In this document: positions 1-8,993 of the stretch, in pieces
How positions within the stretch are numbered: the first letter of the stretch is position 1
Layout of the letters: each line of letters starts with the position of its first letter
NCBI GenBank assembly: GCA_965215575.1
Contig: OZ244069.1
Coordinates: forward strand, 2,293,155-2,357,154
Length of the DNA: 64,000 nt
Direction: 5' to 3'
Source of the DNA: Alphaproteobacteria bacterium
Lineage (GTDB): Bacteria > Pseudomonadota > Alphaproteobacteria > TMED109
Notes under the pieces: model-generated
Told to the model about the DNA's origin: nothing
The model's database searches: none
What the model saw: only the letters and a program-made list of their open reading frames with translations
Translations under genes and position numbers: made by a program

Positions 1-1
1 C

Positions 2-499
2 ATCGGCCCGCTGGCGGTGGTGGTGTTCAATGTGGGGCCTAACGTTCAGTTCCCCATTGTCGAAACCACCAGCCGTGTGTACAGAAAGCTCTGGGAACTA
101 GCCGCCTACGCGGGTTTCCTGACGGGCCGAGAAGCGGCTCGGCACATGGTGCCGCGGGGCAAGGGAACCATTTTCTTTACGGGGGCGACGGCCTCGGTGC
201 GCGGCGGCAGCGGATTTTCGGCGTTCGCTGGTGCCAAGTTTGCGCTCCGAGCCTTGGCGCAGTCGATGGCCAGGGAACTGGGACCGAAAGGAATTCACGT
301 GGTCCACGCCATTATCGACGGCCCGATCGACACGGCCTTTGTCCGCGAGAATCGGCACGACCTGCTGGAGGCCCGCCCCCATCGCCCCAATCTGCTAGAC
401 CCCGAGCACATAGCCGAGACCTATTGGTCAGCCCACACACAGCCGAGAAGCGCATGGACCTTTGAGTTCGATCTCCGGCCGTGGGCCGAGTCCTGGTAA
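2..499 (+). CDS. Short-chain dehydrogenase/reductase, atypical, 5' end cut by window edge
   Basis: The frame is open from nt 2. The translation carries an SDR core (GTIFFTGATASVRGGSGFSAFAGAKFALRALAQSMARELGPKGIHVVHAIIDGPIDT). Phe replaces the usual catalytic Tyr in S-A-F-A-G-A-K. Confidence 0.8.
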   Translation: MGPLAVVVFNVGPNVQFPIVETTSRVYRKLWELAAYAGFLTGREAARHMVPRGKGTIFFTGATASVRGGSGFSAFAGAKFALRALAQSMARELGPKGIHVVHAIIDGPIDTAFVRENRHDLLEARPHRPNLLDPEHIAETYWSAHTQPRSAWTFEFDLRPWAESW

Positions 500-535
500 C
501 CCGGTTCTCACCTGCTCAGGAAAGGAATCGACACG

Positions 536-1333
536 ATGGCAGAGCCTAACGTTCTGTACGAAAAGTCCGGCACGATCGGTCGCATCATCATGAATCGGCC
601 CGATGAGGCCAATGCCCTTGATCTTCAGAGCACGAAGGATCTCTACGCCGCCTCGCTGGCAGCCGCCGCCGACCCGGAGATCAGGGCCGTCCTTGTTGAA
701 GCCCGAGGTGCGATGTTCTGTGCGGGTGGGGACCTCAAACACTTCACCAGTTTTCGCAACGACCGGGTGGCACTCGGAGCAGAGATTCTCCAGATGACCA
801 CCTACCTCCACGGGGCGATTTCCCACCTGAACCGCATGGCTGCGCCGGTGGTCTGCAAGATCCAGGGAACCGCGGCTGGCGGAGGGTTGTCGTTCGCCCT
901 CAGTTGCGATCTCGTGTTCGCTGCCCGTTCCGTGAAATTCGCGGTCGCCTACACCGCTGCTGGGCTGGCACCCGACGGAAGTTCGACATTTTTCCTGCCG
1001 AGACTTGTGGGACTTCGAAGGGCCCGCGAATTGATGTTGACGAACCGGCGGTTCACGGCTGAAGAGGCATTGGCGATGAACATGATCGACCGCGTGTGCG
1101 ACGACGATCAGTTGGATGCGGAAGTGGCTGCACAGGTTGAGCGCTTCGCGAACGGCCCGACTCAGGCGTACGGAGCCGTTAAGCGGCTTCTGCTGGCCTC
1201 GGTTGGCGGCACGTTGGAAAGCCAGATGGATCTCGAGTCCCGCGCGATTGCGGAAGCTGCAACAAGCGCTGACGGTATCGAAGGTGTCATGGCGTTCGCG
1301 GACAAACGTGCTCCGTCATTCACCGGGGCTTGA
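536..1333 (+). CDS. Enoyl-CoA hydratase/isomerase (crotonase) family protein
   Basis: A 265-aa ORF with an AGGAAAGGA RBS upstream. Crotonase-fold strings are present: IIMNRPDEANALD, FCAGGDLKHF, IQGTAAGGGLSFALSCD. Confidence 0.85.
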   Translation: MAEPNVLYEKSGTIGRIIMNRPDEANALDLQSTKDLYAASLAAAADPEIRAVLVEARGAMFCAGGDLKHFTSFRNDRVALGAEILQMTTYLHGAISHLNRMAAPVVCKIQGTAAGGGLSFALSCDLVFAARSVKFAVAYTAAGLAPDGSSTFFLPRLVGLRRARELMLTNRRFTAEEALAMNMIDRVCDDDQLDAEVAAQVERFANGPTQAYGAVKRLLLASVGGTLESQMDLESRAIAEAATSADGIEGVMAFADKRAPSFTGA

Positions 1334-1340
1334 GGTAACG

Positions 1341-2234
1341 ATGGCATCCGCCCGCGACATTTCCGCTGCTGAACTCCCGAAGAAACGGGTTCAGGTCACC
1401 GGTCTCGAACTCGCCTACGTCGATGAGGGAGCAGGGGACCCGGTCCTATTCCTGCACGGAAACCCGACCTCTTCCTACCTGTGGCGCAACATCATCCCGT
1501 ACCTGTCAGACCGGGCGCGGTGCTTGGCACCCGACCTGGTGGGAATGGGAGACTCCGACCGTCTGCCTCGGTCGGGGCCCGGAACGTACCGGTACCCTGA
1601 CCACCGGGCATTCGTGGACGGTTTTGTCGCAGCAATGGGGATTGGCAAACGACTCACACTGGTAGTGCATGACTGGGGATCGGCGCTTGGATTTGACTGG
1701 GCCGCGCGACATCCGGATGCGGTGCGTGGCGTGGCCTACATGGAGGCGGTCGTTCGCGTGGTCAGTTGGGACGAGTGGCCTGAGGCGTCACGCGGCATCT
1801 TCCAGGGCTTTCGCTCGCCCAAGGGGGAAGAGCTGATCCTGGAACGCAACCTCTTCGTGGAGCGCGTGCTTCCGGGGTCTGTCCTGCGGGGTCTGTCTCC
1901 GGAGGAGATGGCAGTCTATCTGCGCCCCTATGTCGAAGCCGGCGAATCGCGCCGACCCACGCTCTCTTGGCCGCGCGAAATTCCCGTGGAAGGCGAGCCC
2001 GCCGATGTCTGTGCCATCGTCGACAACTATGCCCGATGGATGGGCGAAACCGAGGTGCCGAAGCTGTTCGTCAATGCCGACCCCGGGGCCATCCTGGTGG
2101 GGCAGCAACGCGAGTTCTGCCGAACGTGGAAGAGCCAGACGGAGGTGACGGTGAAGGGAAGCCACTTTATCCAGGAGGATTCTCCGCACGAGATCGGGGA
2201 AGCCCTGCGTCACTGGTATGGCCGGCTTCCATAG
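1341..2234 (+). CDS. Haloalkane dehalogenase, HLD-II (LinB/DmbA-like) alpha/beta hydrolase
   Basis: ATG 1341 follows a GAGG. Motifs HGNPTSSYLWRNIIP, nucleophile elbow VVHDWGSALGF and C-terminal GSHFIQEDSP are essentially collinear with DmbA/LinB as I recall them. The track start at 1116 is an over-extension into the previous gene. Confidence 0.9.
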   Translation: MASARDISAAELPKKRVQVTGLELAYVDEGAGDPVLFLHGNPTSSYLWRNIIPYLSDRARCLAPDLVGMGDSDRLPRSGPGTYRYPDHRAFVDGFVAAMGIGKRLTLVVHDWGSALGFDWAARHPDAVRGVAYMEAVVRVVSWDEWPEASRGIFQGFRSPKGEELILERNLFVERVLPGSVLRGLSPEEMAVYLRPYVEAGESRRPTLSWPREIPVEGEPADVCAIVDNYARWMGETEVPKLFVNADPGAILVGQQREFCRTWKSQTEVTVKGSHFIQEDSPHEIGEALRHWYGRLP

Positions 2235-2622
2235 TCGCTCCGTGCGCACGCATTCCGGCAACACGGGCAGGATCTGTGCCGGCGTGAGAGCCTTCGTCGT
2301 ACTTGTTGCCACGGGGCTCGTCGTCGCGCCCGGGGTTGGGAGCAGCGTGGAAACGGCCGCACATGGGTCGCATCTTGCGTGGTGCCTGGGGTTGGCGAGC
2401 GAGACCGCAGCGCTTGCCCCGGATACCTCGGAGGCAGCGCTCAGCCTGGCGAGCGACATGCGCGCACGTATTGTCGAACTGGAGCTCGGGGACGACCTCG
2501 TGGCCGAAGGAGTCCGGAAAGGCGTTACGGCTGCGATGGGCTACCTGGAGGCCGGTCGGCGGCAACGTCTGGACGACGCACTGGCCGGCTGCCGGACCTC
2601 GCTCCTCACGGGTGTTCGCTAG
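2218..2622 (+). CDS. Hypothetical small protein with hydrophobic N-terminal segment
   Basis: High third-position GC in this frame and a hydrophobic stretch (FVVLVATGLVVAPGV). No family recognised. The start is uncertain: ATG 2218 overlaps the dehalogenase stop, and GTG 2242 or 2284 are alternatives. Confidence 0.3.
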   Translation: MAGFHSRSVRTHSGNTGRICAGVRAFVVLVATGLVVAPGVGSSVETAAHGSHLAWCLGLASETAALAPDTSEAALSLASDMRARIVELELGDDLVAEGVRKGVTAAMGYLEAGRRQRLDDALAGCRTSLLTGVR

Positions 2623-2674
2623 GGCGAGCCCAACGGCTCCTTGAGCCGGCCGACCCGCCGCCGGCGGTGTCGCG

Positions 2675-3295
2675 CTAAGGGGACGAGAATCTGAAGGCCT
2701 TGCAGGACGCGTAGTTCCCGGTCCAGCCGTTCCCTTCCACCTTGAGGTCGCCGTGCGTGACCCGGCGGAAGATCGAGTGGCAGCGGCCACAGGTTTGGCT
2801 CAGTTCGCATACGGAGCGCTGGGCCGCTGGACCGTCGTCGCTGGACAGCGCTTCGACGAGTCCGTCGGCGGCACTGACGGTATCGTCGAAATAACGCTGG
2901 AAAACCGAAGGAAGCACCCAAATCACTGGCTCAGCACGCGTGGTGCCGTGCCAGCCGCGATTGGTGTTCGATGGCCAAAGCGTTCGCACGTGTCCCAGAA
3001 GATCCGAAATATCCCGGGCGTCGGTCGCGGGCTCGGTCCCGTGAACCAGCGCGTACACTTCTGTGGGACTCATCTGGCCTGGCTGCACGATGACCTGGCC
3101 GCCCTCATCGCCCATGTCTGCGCGCGACTCCTTGATGAGCGCTGACAGACGGTCGAGACGCTGCCAAATGGCCGCCATGGTTTCCCGACGAAGCTCAATG
3201 GTGTCCTGACCCGCGCCAGTGCCTTGGGCCATGGCCGATGGCGCGGCCAAGAGGGCAAACGCCATCACTAGTGCAGTGCAACCGACTTTCCGCAT
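2675..3295 (-). CDS. Class II c-type cytochrome (cytochrome c'/c556-like), secreted
   Basis: Signal peptide ALVMAFALLAAPSAMA. A single CxxCH (CGRCH) lies about 20 residues from the C-terminus, which is the class II layout. At 206 aa it is longer than typical members. Confidence 0.6.
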   Translation of the reverse strand: MRKVGCTALVMAFALLAAPSAMAQGTGAGQDTIELRRETMAAIWQRLDRLSALIKESRADMGDEGGQVIVQPGQMSPTEVYALVHGTEPATDARDISDLLGHVRTLWPSNTNRGWHGTTRAEPVIWVLPSVFQRYFDDTVSAADGLVEALSSDDGPAAQRSVCELSQTCGRCHSIFRRVTHGDLKVEGNGWTGNYASCKAFRFSSP

Positions 3296-3409
3296 TTGAC
3301 TAGACCCCTGTGAGTATCGCTTACCGCACGAATCCTTCGTGCTGATTGCAGATCGTGAAGATGTGCCGGTACACGGATCAAGTCAACGCGGACGTCGACT
3401 GCTGCGCGG

Positions 3410-4150
3410 TCAGTCTTCGTCAACTGGCGCAAATCCGGCGCGGTCTGGAGGGCCGTCGGCGAAGCGCCACATCGGCCGCATCCCAGGGTCGGCTGGAATG
3501 GCGAGCAATGCACTGGAGACAGTTCCGAAGCCCCGTGCGTTCATCCTGACCACCATGCCTGCGTCAGGCTCCTCGTACCCCGCCGGCGTTCTTCCGAGCA
3601 GATCCGGCCAGTCGCTCCAGGCGTCGTGTTCCGGCTCGGGCGCAGGCGCCTTCTGGAATAGCGGTCGGTTGGTTCGTATCCGCGCGTGGGACAAAGCATT
3701 CAGATCATTGTTGGCCAGCAAGGAAAGTCCTTCGGGAACCCGGTGGCGGGTCATGACGGTTTCTCCCCGGATCCAGATCGCCCCATGTCGATCCGCGAGG
3801 ATGAGGTTGAACGGCTTCCACTCGGTAGGGTCGAGACTCATGATGGCGTCGGCCGCGGTGGCGGCCGAACCGTGTTCGAGAGCGAGGAGGGGCAGTTCAC
3901 CGCGCGTGCGGAACCCTGCTGCAAACGGATCGGGGGTTGGGCGATTGAGCAGCAGAGCAAGGACGTTGGCATCGCTCAACGCCAGCCACGTTCCTCTCCC
4001 TTGTAGATCGAGGCCTCCGCGGATGGAGGGATGTTCGGGCCAATGACGGCCAGGAGGGCGCCAGGGACGAGTGAACACTTCGTCCCGATTGGCGCCCACA
4101 ATCACGGGCCAGCGGTGTTCCGGGCGTGCAAGCAGGACCAGGGTGCACAT
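3410..4150 (-). CDS. NRDE family protein (DUF833/TANGO2-like)
   Basis: N-terminal MCT followed by VGANRDE. Length is about 246 aa. Confidence 0.8.
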   Translation of the reverse strand: MCTLVLLARPEHRWPVIVGANRDEVFTRPWRPPGRHWPEHPSIRGGLDLQGRGTWLALSDANVLALLLNRPTPDPFAAGFRTRGELPLLALEHGSAATAADAIMSLDPTEWKPFNLILADRHGAIWIRGETVMTRHRVPEGLSLLANNDLNALSHARIRTNRPLFQKAPAPEPEHDAWSDWPDLLGRTPAGYEEPDAGMVVRMNARGFGTVSSALLAIPADPGMRPMWRFADGPPDRAGFAPVDED

Positions 4151-4294
4151 CGCGTGTGTCTACCGAGGGCGAGGAGATCCGCGGAACCCTAGCGAATGCC
4201 GATTGGCGCGGCATTCTGCACGCTTGGCCTGCGGGCTCCCTGTGCACGGAGGAACGAGAACGCTACAATTTCCATCTGGATTGGGGAGTTTTCC

Positions 4295-4702
4295 ATGTCA
4301 AAACTGCAGACCGCTCAGAAGCTAGTGCATGCAACGGCCGAGACAGCCCCGAGTGTGGCTGGCCGGCGGGACTTCTTCACGTACCGTGATCTCGGCGTAA
4401 CGGACGCGAGCCTGGGCAAACTACGCGCCGAGACCATAACCGCGATACGCGGCATGACGGAGCCAACGGGTTGGCATTACCACGCCTGTGAGGGCCAGTT
4501 CGTCTACGCTCTGAAAGGATGGGTGGAACTGGAGTTCGAGACCGGAGAGACCATTCGGCTCAGTGAAGGCCAATCACTGTATATCCCCGGCGGGCTGCGC
4601 CACAACGAATTGGAGGCATCGGACGATCTCAAGATCCTGGAGCTCTCGATTCCTGCCAAGATGGATACCGTTGCCTGCGATCCGCCGACATCGACATCCT
4701 AG
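4295..4702 (+). CDS. Cupin domain protein
   Basis: A GGGGAG RBS lies 5 nt before ATG 4295. Cupin barrel strings are GWHYHACEGQFVYALKG and SLYIPGGLRHNE. Confidence 0.7.
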   Translation: MSKLQTAQKLVHATAETAPSVAGRRDFFTYRDLGVTDASLGKLRAETITAIRGMTEPTGWHYHACEGQFVYALKGWVELEFETGETIRLSEGQSLYIPGGLRHNELEASDDLKILELSIPAKMDTVACDPPTSTS

Positions 4703-4976
4703 AATTGCTCGAACGATCGTAAGTCTCTAGCGGTATTTCGGCTGCCTTCGTCCTTCTTCGGGCTGCGTCACCGAGCGCGGCCGGGCAGGCTGTGAGGCGT
4801 CGCGCGCCGCAAACGACGGGGGACCAGCCACCCCGCAGGATCACCCATTCGTGTTCCGGGAAGTCCGTCTGCGCATCGCCTGAGGCGTGGTATCTGGGCG
4901 CGTCATCCACCGATATACATAGTGAAGCCGGCAAGCGCCGTGGGTGCAGGATCCGGCCTTCAAGGGATACGAGAGC

Positions 4977-5297
4977 ATGACCACATTCGATGACCGCAAA
5001 GATGAAGCCGAGAAGAAGTACGTGCATGACAAGGAGCTGCAGTTTCGGATTGCCGCGAGACGCAACAAGCTCATTGGCATGTGGGCGGCCGAGGTCATGG
5101 GGAGGCCCGAATCCGAGTGGGCCACCTACGCGCAGGAAGTTGTAATCGCTGACTTCGACGAACCGGGTGACGCTGATGTTGTCCGGAAGCTACTGGCAGA
5201 TTTCGAGGCGGCCGGCATGCAAAAGTCCGAACAGGAAATCCGCGGCGAGATGGACCGCCTCCTTGAGGAGGCGAAGACCCAGATCATGTCCGCGTAG
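4977..5297 (+). CDS. ATPase inhibitor subunit zeta (DUF1476)
   Basis: MTTFDDRKDEAEKKYVHDKELQFRIAARRNKLIG...DFDEPGD matches the Paracoccus zeta-subunit pattern. The gene is convergent with purB and overlaps it by 14 nt. Confidence 0.9.
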   Translation: MTTFDDRKDEAEKKYVHDKELQFRIAARRNKLIGMWAAEVMGRPESEWATYAQEVVIADFDEPGDADVVRKLLADFEAAGMQKSEQEIRGEMDRLLEEAKTQIMSA

Positions 5298-6594
5298 CGC
5301 TGGTTCCGAACACGCGCTCGAAGATGGCGTCTGCGTGTCTCACGTGACGGCTGTCGTCAAACGCATCCGCAAGCGTTGCACTGTCTAGGTACCGAGTGAT
5401 ATCCGGGTCGTTGGCGAGGAGGTTCCGAAACGAGTCTCCCGTTTCCCACGCCCGCATGGCGTTGCGCTGAACCATTCGGTATGCGTCTTCGCGCGACGCG
5501 CCCGCTTCAGCGAGGGCCAAGAGAACAGCCTGGCTCGCGTGAAGGCCTCCAAGTCGATTCAAGTTGGCTAGCATGTTGTCAGGAAACAGCACTAATGCTT
5601 GGATTACATGCGTTAAACGAACCAAGGCAAAATCAAGCGTAATGGTGGCGTCGGGCGCAATCATGCGTTCGACGGAGGAATGCGAGATGTCGCGCTCATG
5701 CCAGAGCGCAACATTTTCAAGGGCGGGGAACGCCATCGAACGCACCAACCGTGCCAGTCCCGTCAGGTTTTCGGACAGAACCGGGTTCCGCTTGTGCGGC
5801 ATCGCGGAGCTGCCTTTCTGCGCATCTCCGAAGGCTTCCTCGACCTCGCGAACTTCGGTCCGTTGCAGGTGGCGGATTTCGGTAGCGAGCCGTTCGACCG
5901 AACTTGCAATCACGGACAACGTTGCAAAAAACATGGCATGGCGGTCGCGGGGCACGACCTGCGTGGAAATCGGCTCGACTTGAAGTCCCATTCGCTCCGC
6001 GACATGCTCCTCGACGGCTGGTGAGATCGACGCATAAGTGCCAACTGCGCCCGAAATCTTGCACGTGGCAATTTCTGCGCGCGCGGACCTCAGGCGCTCC
6101 CGGTTCCGGTCAAATTCGGCATAGGCCTGCGCAAACTTGAGGCCCATGCTGGTCGGCTCGGCGTGTACACCATGCGACCGGCCGATGCAGATCATGTCCT
6201 TCGCTTCGTAGGCGCGGACCCGAAGGGCGTCCAGAAGGGAGTCGAGATCCTCCAACAGGCGGTCCGAGGCCCGGGTCAGCTGTACCGCAAAACACGTATC
6301 CAGCACATCAGACGAGGTCATCCCGTAGTGCACGAAGCGAGCCTCGTCTCCCACTTGTTCGGCCAGGCTTGTGAGGAAAGCGACCACATCATGACGGACA
6401 TCGCGTTCGATGGCGTCGATCCGAGGGATGTCAATTCGGCCCTTGGCGCGCAGTTTTGCAGCGACCCCTGCGGGGATGGTTCCAAGTTCCTCATGCTTTT
6501 CGCAGGCTAGCGCCTCGATCTCGAGCCAGATGGAGTACTTTTCTTCTGCCGTCCAGAGATCGGCCATTTCAGCGCGTGCGTAGCGAGGGATCAT
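5284..6594 (-). CDS. purB: Adenylosuccinate lyase
   Basis: A 436-aa ORF with MIPRYARAEMADLW, and the fumarate-lyase signature region GSSAMPHKRNP. Confidence 0.95.
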   Translation of the reverse strand: MIPRYARAEMADLWTAEEKYSIWLEIEALACEKHEELGTIPAGVAAKLRAKGRIDIPRIDAIERDVRHDVVAFLTSLAEQVGDEARFVHYGMTSSDVLDTCFAVQLTRASDRLLEDLDSLLDALRVRAYEAKDMICIGRSHGVHAEPTSMGLKFAQAYAEFDRNRERLRSARAEIATCKISGAVGTYASISPAVEEHVAERMGLQVEPISTQVVPRDRHAMFFATLSVIASSVERLATEIRHLQRTEVREVEEAFGDAQKGSSAMPHKRNPVLSENLTGLARLVRSMAFPALENVALWHERDISHSSVERMIAPDATITLDFALVRLTHVIQALVLFPDNMLANLNRLGGLHASQAVLLALAEAGASREDAYRMVQRNAMRAWETGDSFRNLLANDPDITRYLDSATLADAFDDSRHVRHADAIFERVFGTSATRT

Positions 6595-6952
6595 CGGATT
6601 GCGTCCAGGTTTGGCGGGCTCGCCGGTCTGCGTGGGCGCGTGGCCGGTCAGGAGCCGGACAGTGCAGGGGACTTATACACTTCAAGCTGGGCGTCCAATC
6701 GTTGCAACCCCCTGCCGGCGGTCGGTAGCCCAGGAACGGTCGCCGTCCTGCCTTACGCTCGAGAAAAGACGCCTTTCGCTGGGCTTCGGCCAACGCTCAA
6801 AGCGGTCGATGTTGCATTCTGTGACGACTTCGCGGGATCGCTGGCACGGGTGGGCGATCCGTTGCCCGAGTTCTGTCGTGTGTCTATCGAGACCGGCGAA
6901 GTGCCGGCGGCATGGAGGCGAGAACTGGTCCGGCAACCTCGATCAAGCTCTT

Positions 6953-8512
6953 TTAGGCCGTTGCCGCACCGGCGACAGGCGTGAACGGATGGGCTGCACC
7001 CACGCAGCCCTTGCCTGCGTCAACAGCGACGCCGCTTGGGCAGGCGTACATCGTGGGAAACGTGGTTGGTGACCAGGGTACTGACGGGGCAACCGCCTCG
7101 AGCGAGGCCACGATGGCGTCGTCCATGCGGCTGTCGTGCACGAGGCTGTCAATGTTGCCCGCGTCAATGCGGGGATGGGCAAGCGCGCCGTTCAAATCCA
7201 TCCCGAAGTCGTTGGTGAATGAGGCAAGCTGGAAGACGGCGGGCATGATCTTCCGGCCCCCCGAGGCTCCGTAGCCGAACCACGGCAATCCTTCCCGGGT
7301 GGCGATCATGGGACACATGTTGGAGAGCGGCCGTGCTCCGGCCTTCATCGAGTTCGGCCGACTGGGCCGCGGATCGAACCAGTTGATCCCGTTGTTCATG
7401 AGCACGCCGCTGCCGGGCAAGAGGAGGCGCGAGCCGAACGGCGACAGCAGAGTCGAGGTCATCAACACGAGATTGCCTTCGGCATCGGCAGCTGAAATAT
7501 GCGTTGTGCAGCTCTCACTCGCGTGCCCCATGGTCGCTAGTCGGGTTCGATAGGCATTGAGCAGGGTGGTGGCATAGGACCGGTATGCGATGGCGTCAGG
7601 TTCCGCGGTATGGAACTCGGGAAGGCGCGACAGCGCGTCCGCAAATGTAGGCCCTGCGGTCAGTCCGGCCGGGAGGTGGTAGACGGCTTGGCCGCGCGAC
7701 ACCGCCAGAGGATCAACCAGCCGGGCACGGTAGGACGCGAGGTCACTTCCCGAAATTTGCCCCCCGGCAGCCTGGATGTCTGCGACTATGGAACGAGCAA
7801 GTGGCCCCTCATAGAAGCTGCGCGGTCCATGGTCGGCGAGGGTGCGGAGGGTTTGCGCAAGCGCATCCGTCCTCAGGTACGTGGGCGCCGTGTCGGAATC
7901 CATCGACGGAGGGAACCCAGCCGGAAGCCACAATGCGGCTGAGGATGGATAGCGCGCGAGAATCGAAGCTTCAGCCGCCACCTGAAGTGTGGTCCACCAG
8001 GTCACGCGGTGGCCACGCTCTGCGAGCGCAATTGCCGGGGCGAGCAATTCCGACCATGACTTGCGTCCGAACGACTTTGCCGCCAGCGAGTACCCGGCGA
8101 CCGAGCCTGGAACCGCGATCGATTTCGCCCCGTGGATGTTGGCGTCGTCCCGGACCTCCGGCCAGCCAAACATCTCGGCACCGGCGGCACCCGTCATCGG
8201 GTAGTCGGCTGGGTCAAGCGCTTGCGGGGCGACCATCCCGAAATCGATAACGCGCACTCTGCGCTCGGCGGCGACGTACACCACTGCAAAACCGCCGCCG
8301 CCAAGTCCGCTCATCCAAGGCTCCGTTACCGTCAGAGCAAGCGCGGTGGCTACCGCCCCATCGAACGCATTGCCACCGTCAGCAATGACCTCTGCCCCCA
8401 TACGCGCCGCTTCAATTTCTTGGGCAACCACCACCCCCCTTGGGCTGCACCGAGCGGCCTTCGCGACGCTCCAGGTTTCCAGTGAGTTAGGCAGTGAGGC
8501 TGTGGTGCGCAT
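6953..8512 (-). CDS. Gamma-glutamyltransferase family protein (no obvious signal peptide)
   Basis: Autoprocessing Thr region CTTHISAADAEGNLVLMTSTL, and N-terminal GGNAFDGAVATALAL. The start is set at ATG 8512 (AAGGGAAG RBS). The track start TTG 8620 cannot be excluded. Confidence 0.85.
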   Translation of the reverse strand: MRTTASLPNSLETWSVAKAARCSPRGVVVAQEIEAARMGAEVIADGGNAFDGAVATALALTVTEPWMSGLGGGGFAVVYVAAERRVRVIDFGMVAPQALDPADYPMTGAAGAEMFGWPEVRDDANIHGAKSIAVPGSVAGYSLAAKSFGRKSWSELLAPAIALAERGHRVTWWTTLQVAAEASILARYPSSAALWLPAGFPPSMDSDTAPTYLRTDALAQTLRTLADHGPRSFYEGPLARSIVADIQAAGGQISGSDLASYRARLVDPLAVSRGQAVYHLPAGLTAGPTFADALSRLPEFHTAEPDAIAYRSYATTLLNAYRTRLATMGHASESCTTHISAADAEGNLVLMTSTLLSPFGSRLLLPGSGVLMNNGINWFDPRPSRPNSMKAGARPLSNMCPMIATREGLPWFGYGASGGRKIMPAVFQLASFTNDFGMDLNGALAHPRIDAGNIDSLVHDSRMDDAIVASLEAVAPSVPWSPTTFPTMYACPSGVAVDAGKGCVGAAHPFTPVAGAATA

Positions 8513-8993
8513 GCTTGCTTCCCTTGCGGTTCCTTGCTCGCTGTGCTCGTCACGAAATGACTGCAGGAGATCGTACAGAGCGGCCCCTGCGCCCGTCGTG
8601 TCCGCACGCGGGTCTTTCAATGTATCGACCGCTGGGGACCGGACGAAGGGGCCCGCGATCTTCGCGGCTCCTGTCCAGCCCTATTTCGAGACACAAGCCG
8701 AGAACGTCGCCGACGCGAAGCGACCACAGCGCATCCCCACCAGGGGGGCCGCTTGAAATTCTGGGCGAAACGTCGGGTCACTCCGGAGCCGGGAGATGCG
8801 ACCGCACCTGATTGCAGACTGCGCTTGCGCTTTGCTCCCAGGATTCGCATCACCGTGCCGCTGGAGGCGATGCCGAGCCGCGGGGCGGGCTTCGGCAAGT
8901 CGCGAATGTGATCGGACGGCGTGGTGCAACGGACGATGCGGACGAACGACTGCAGCCCGGGCTTGATCGACTCGGACATCAGGTCATCGGGTT

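Noticed and set aside
1116-2234. Long N-terminal extensions given by the ORF track (also 8994-10850, 18009-19115, 18862-20658, 25223-27199, 32156-33454, 33131-34873, 35516-38749, 40194-41606, 59673-62006)
   Set aside because: The extensions overlap upstream genes or are Arg/Pro-rich. Internal starts with Shine-Dalgarno motifs coincide with the expected family N-termini, so the genes were trimmed.
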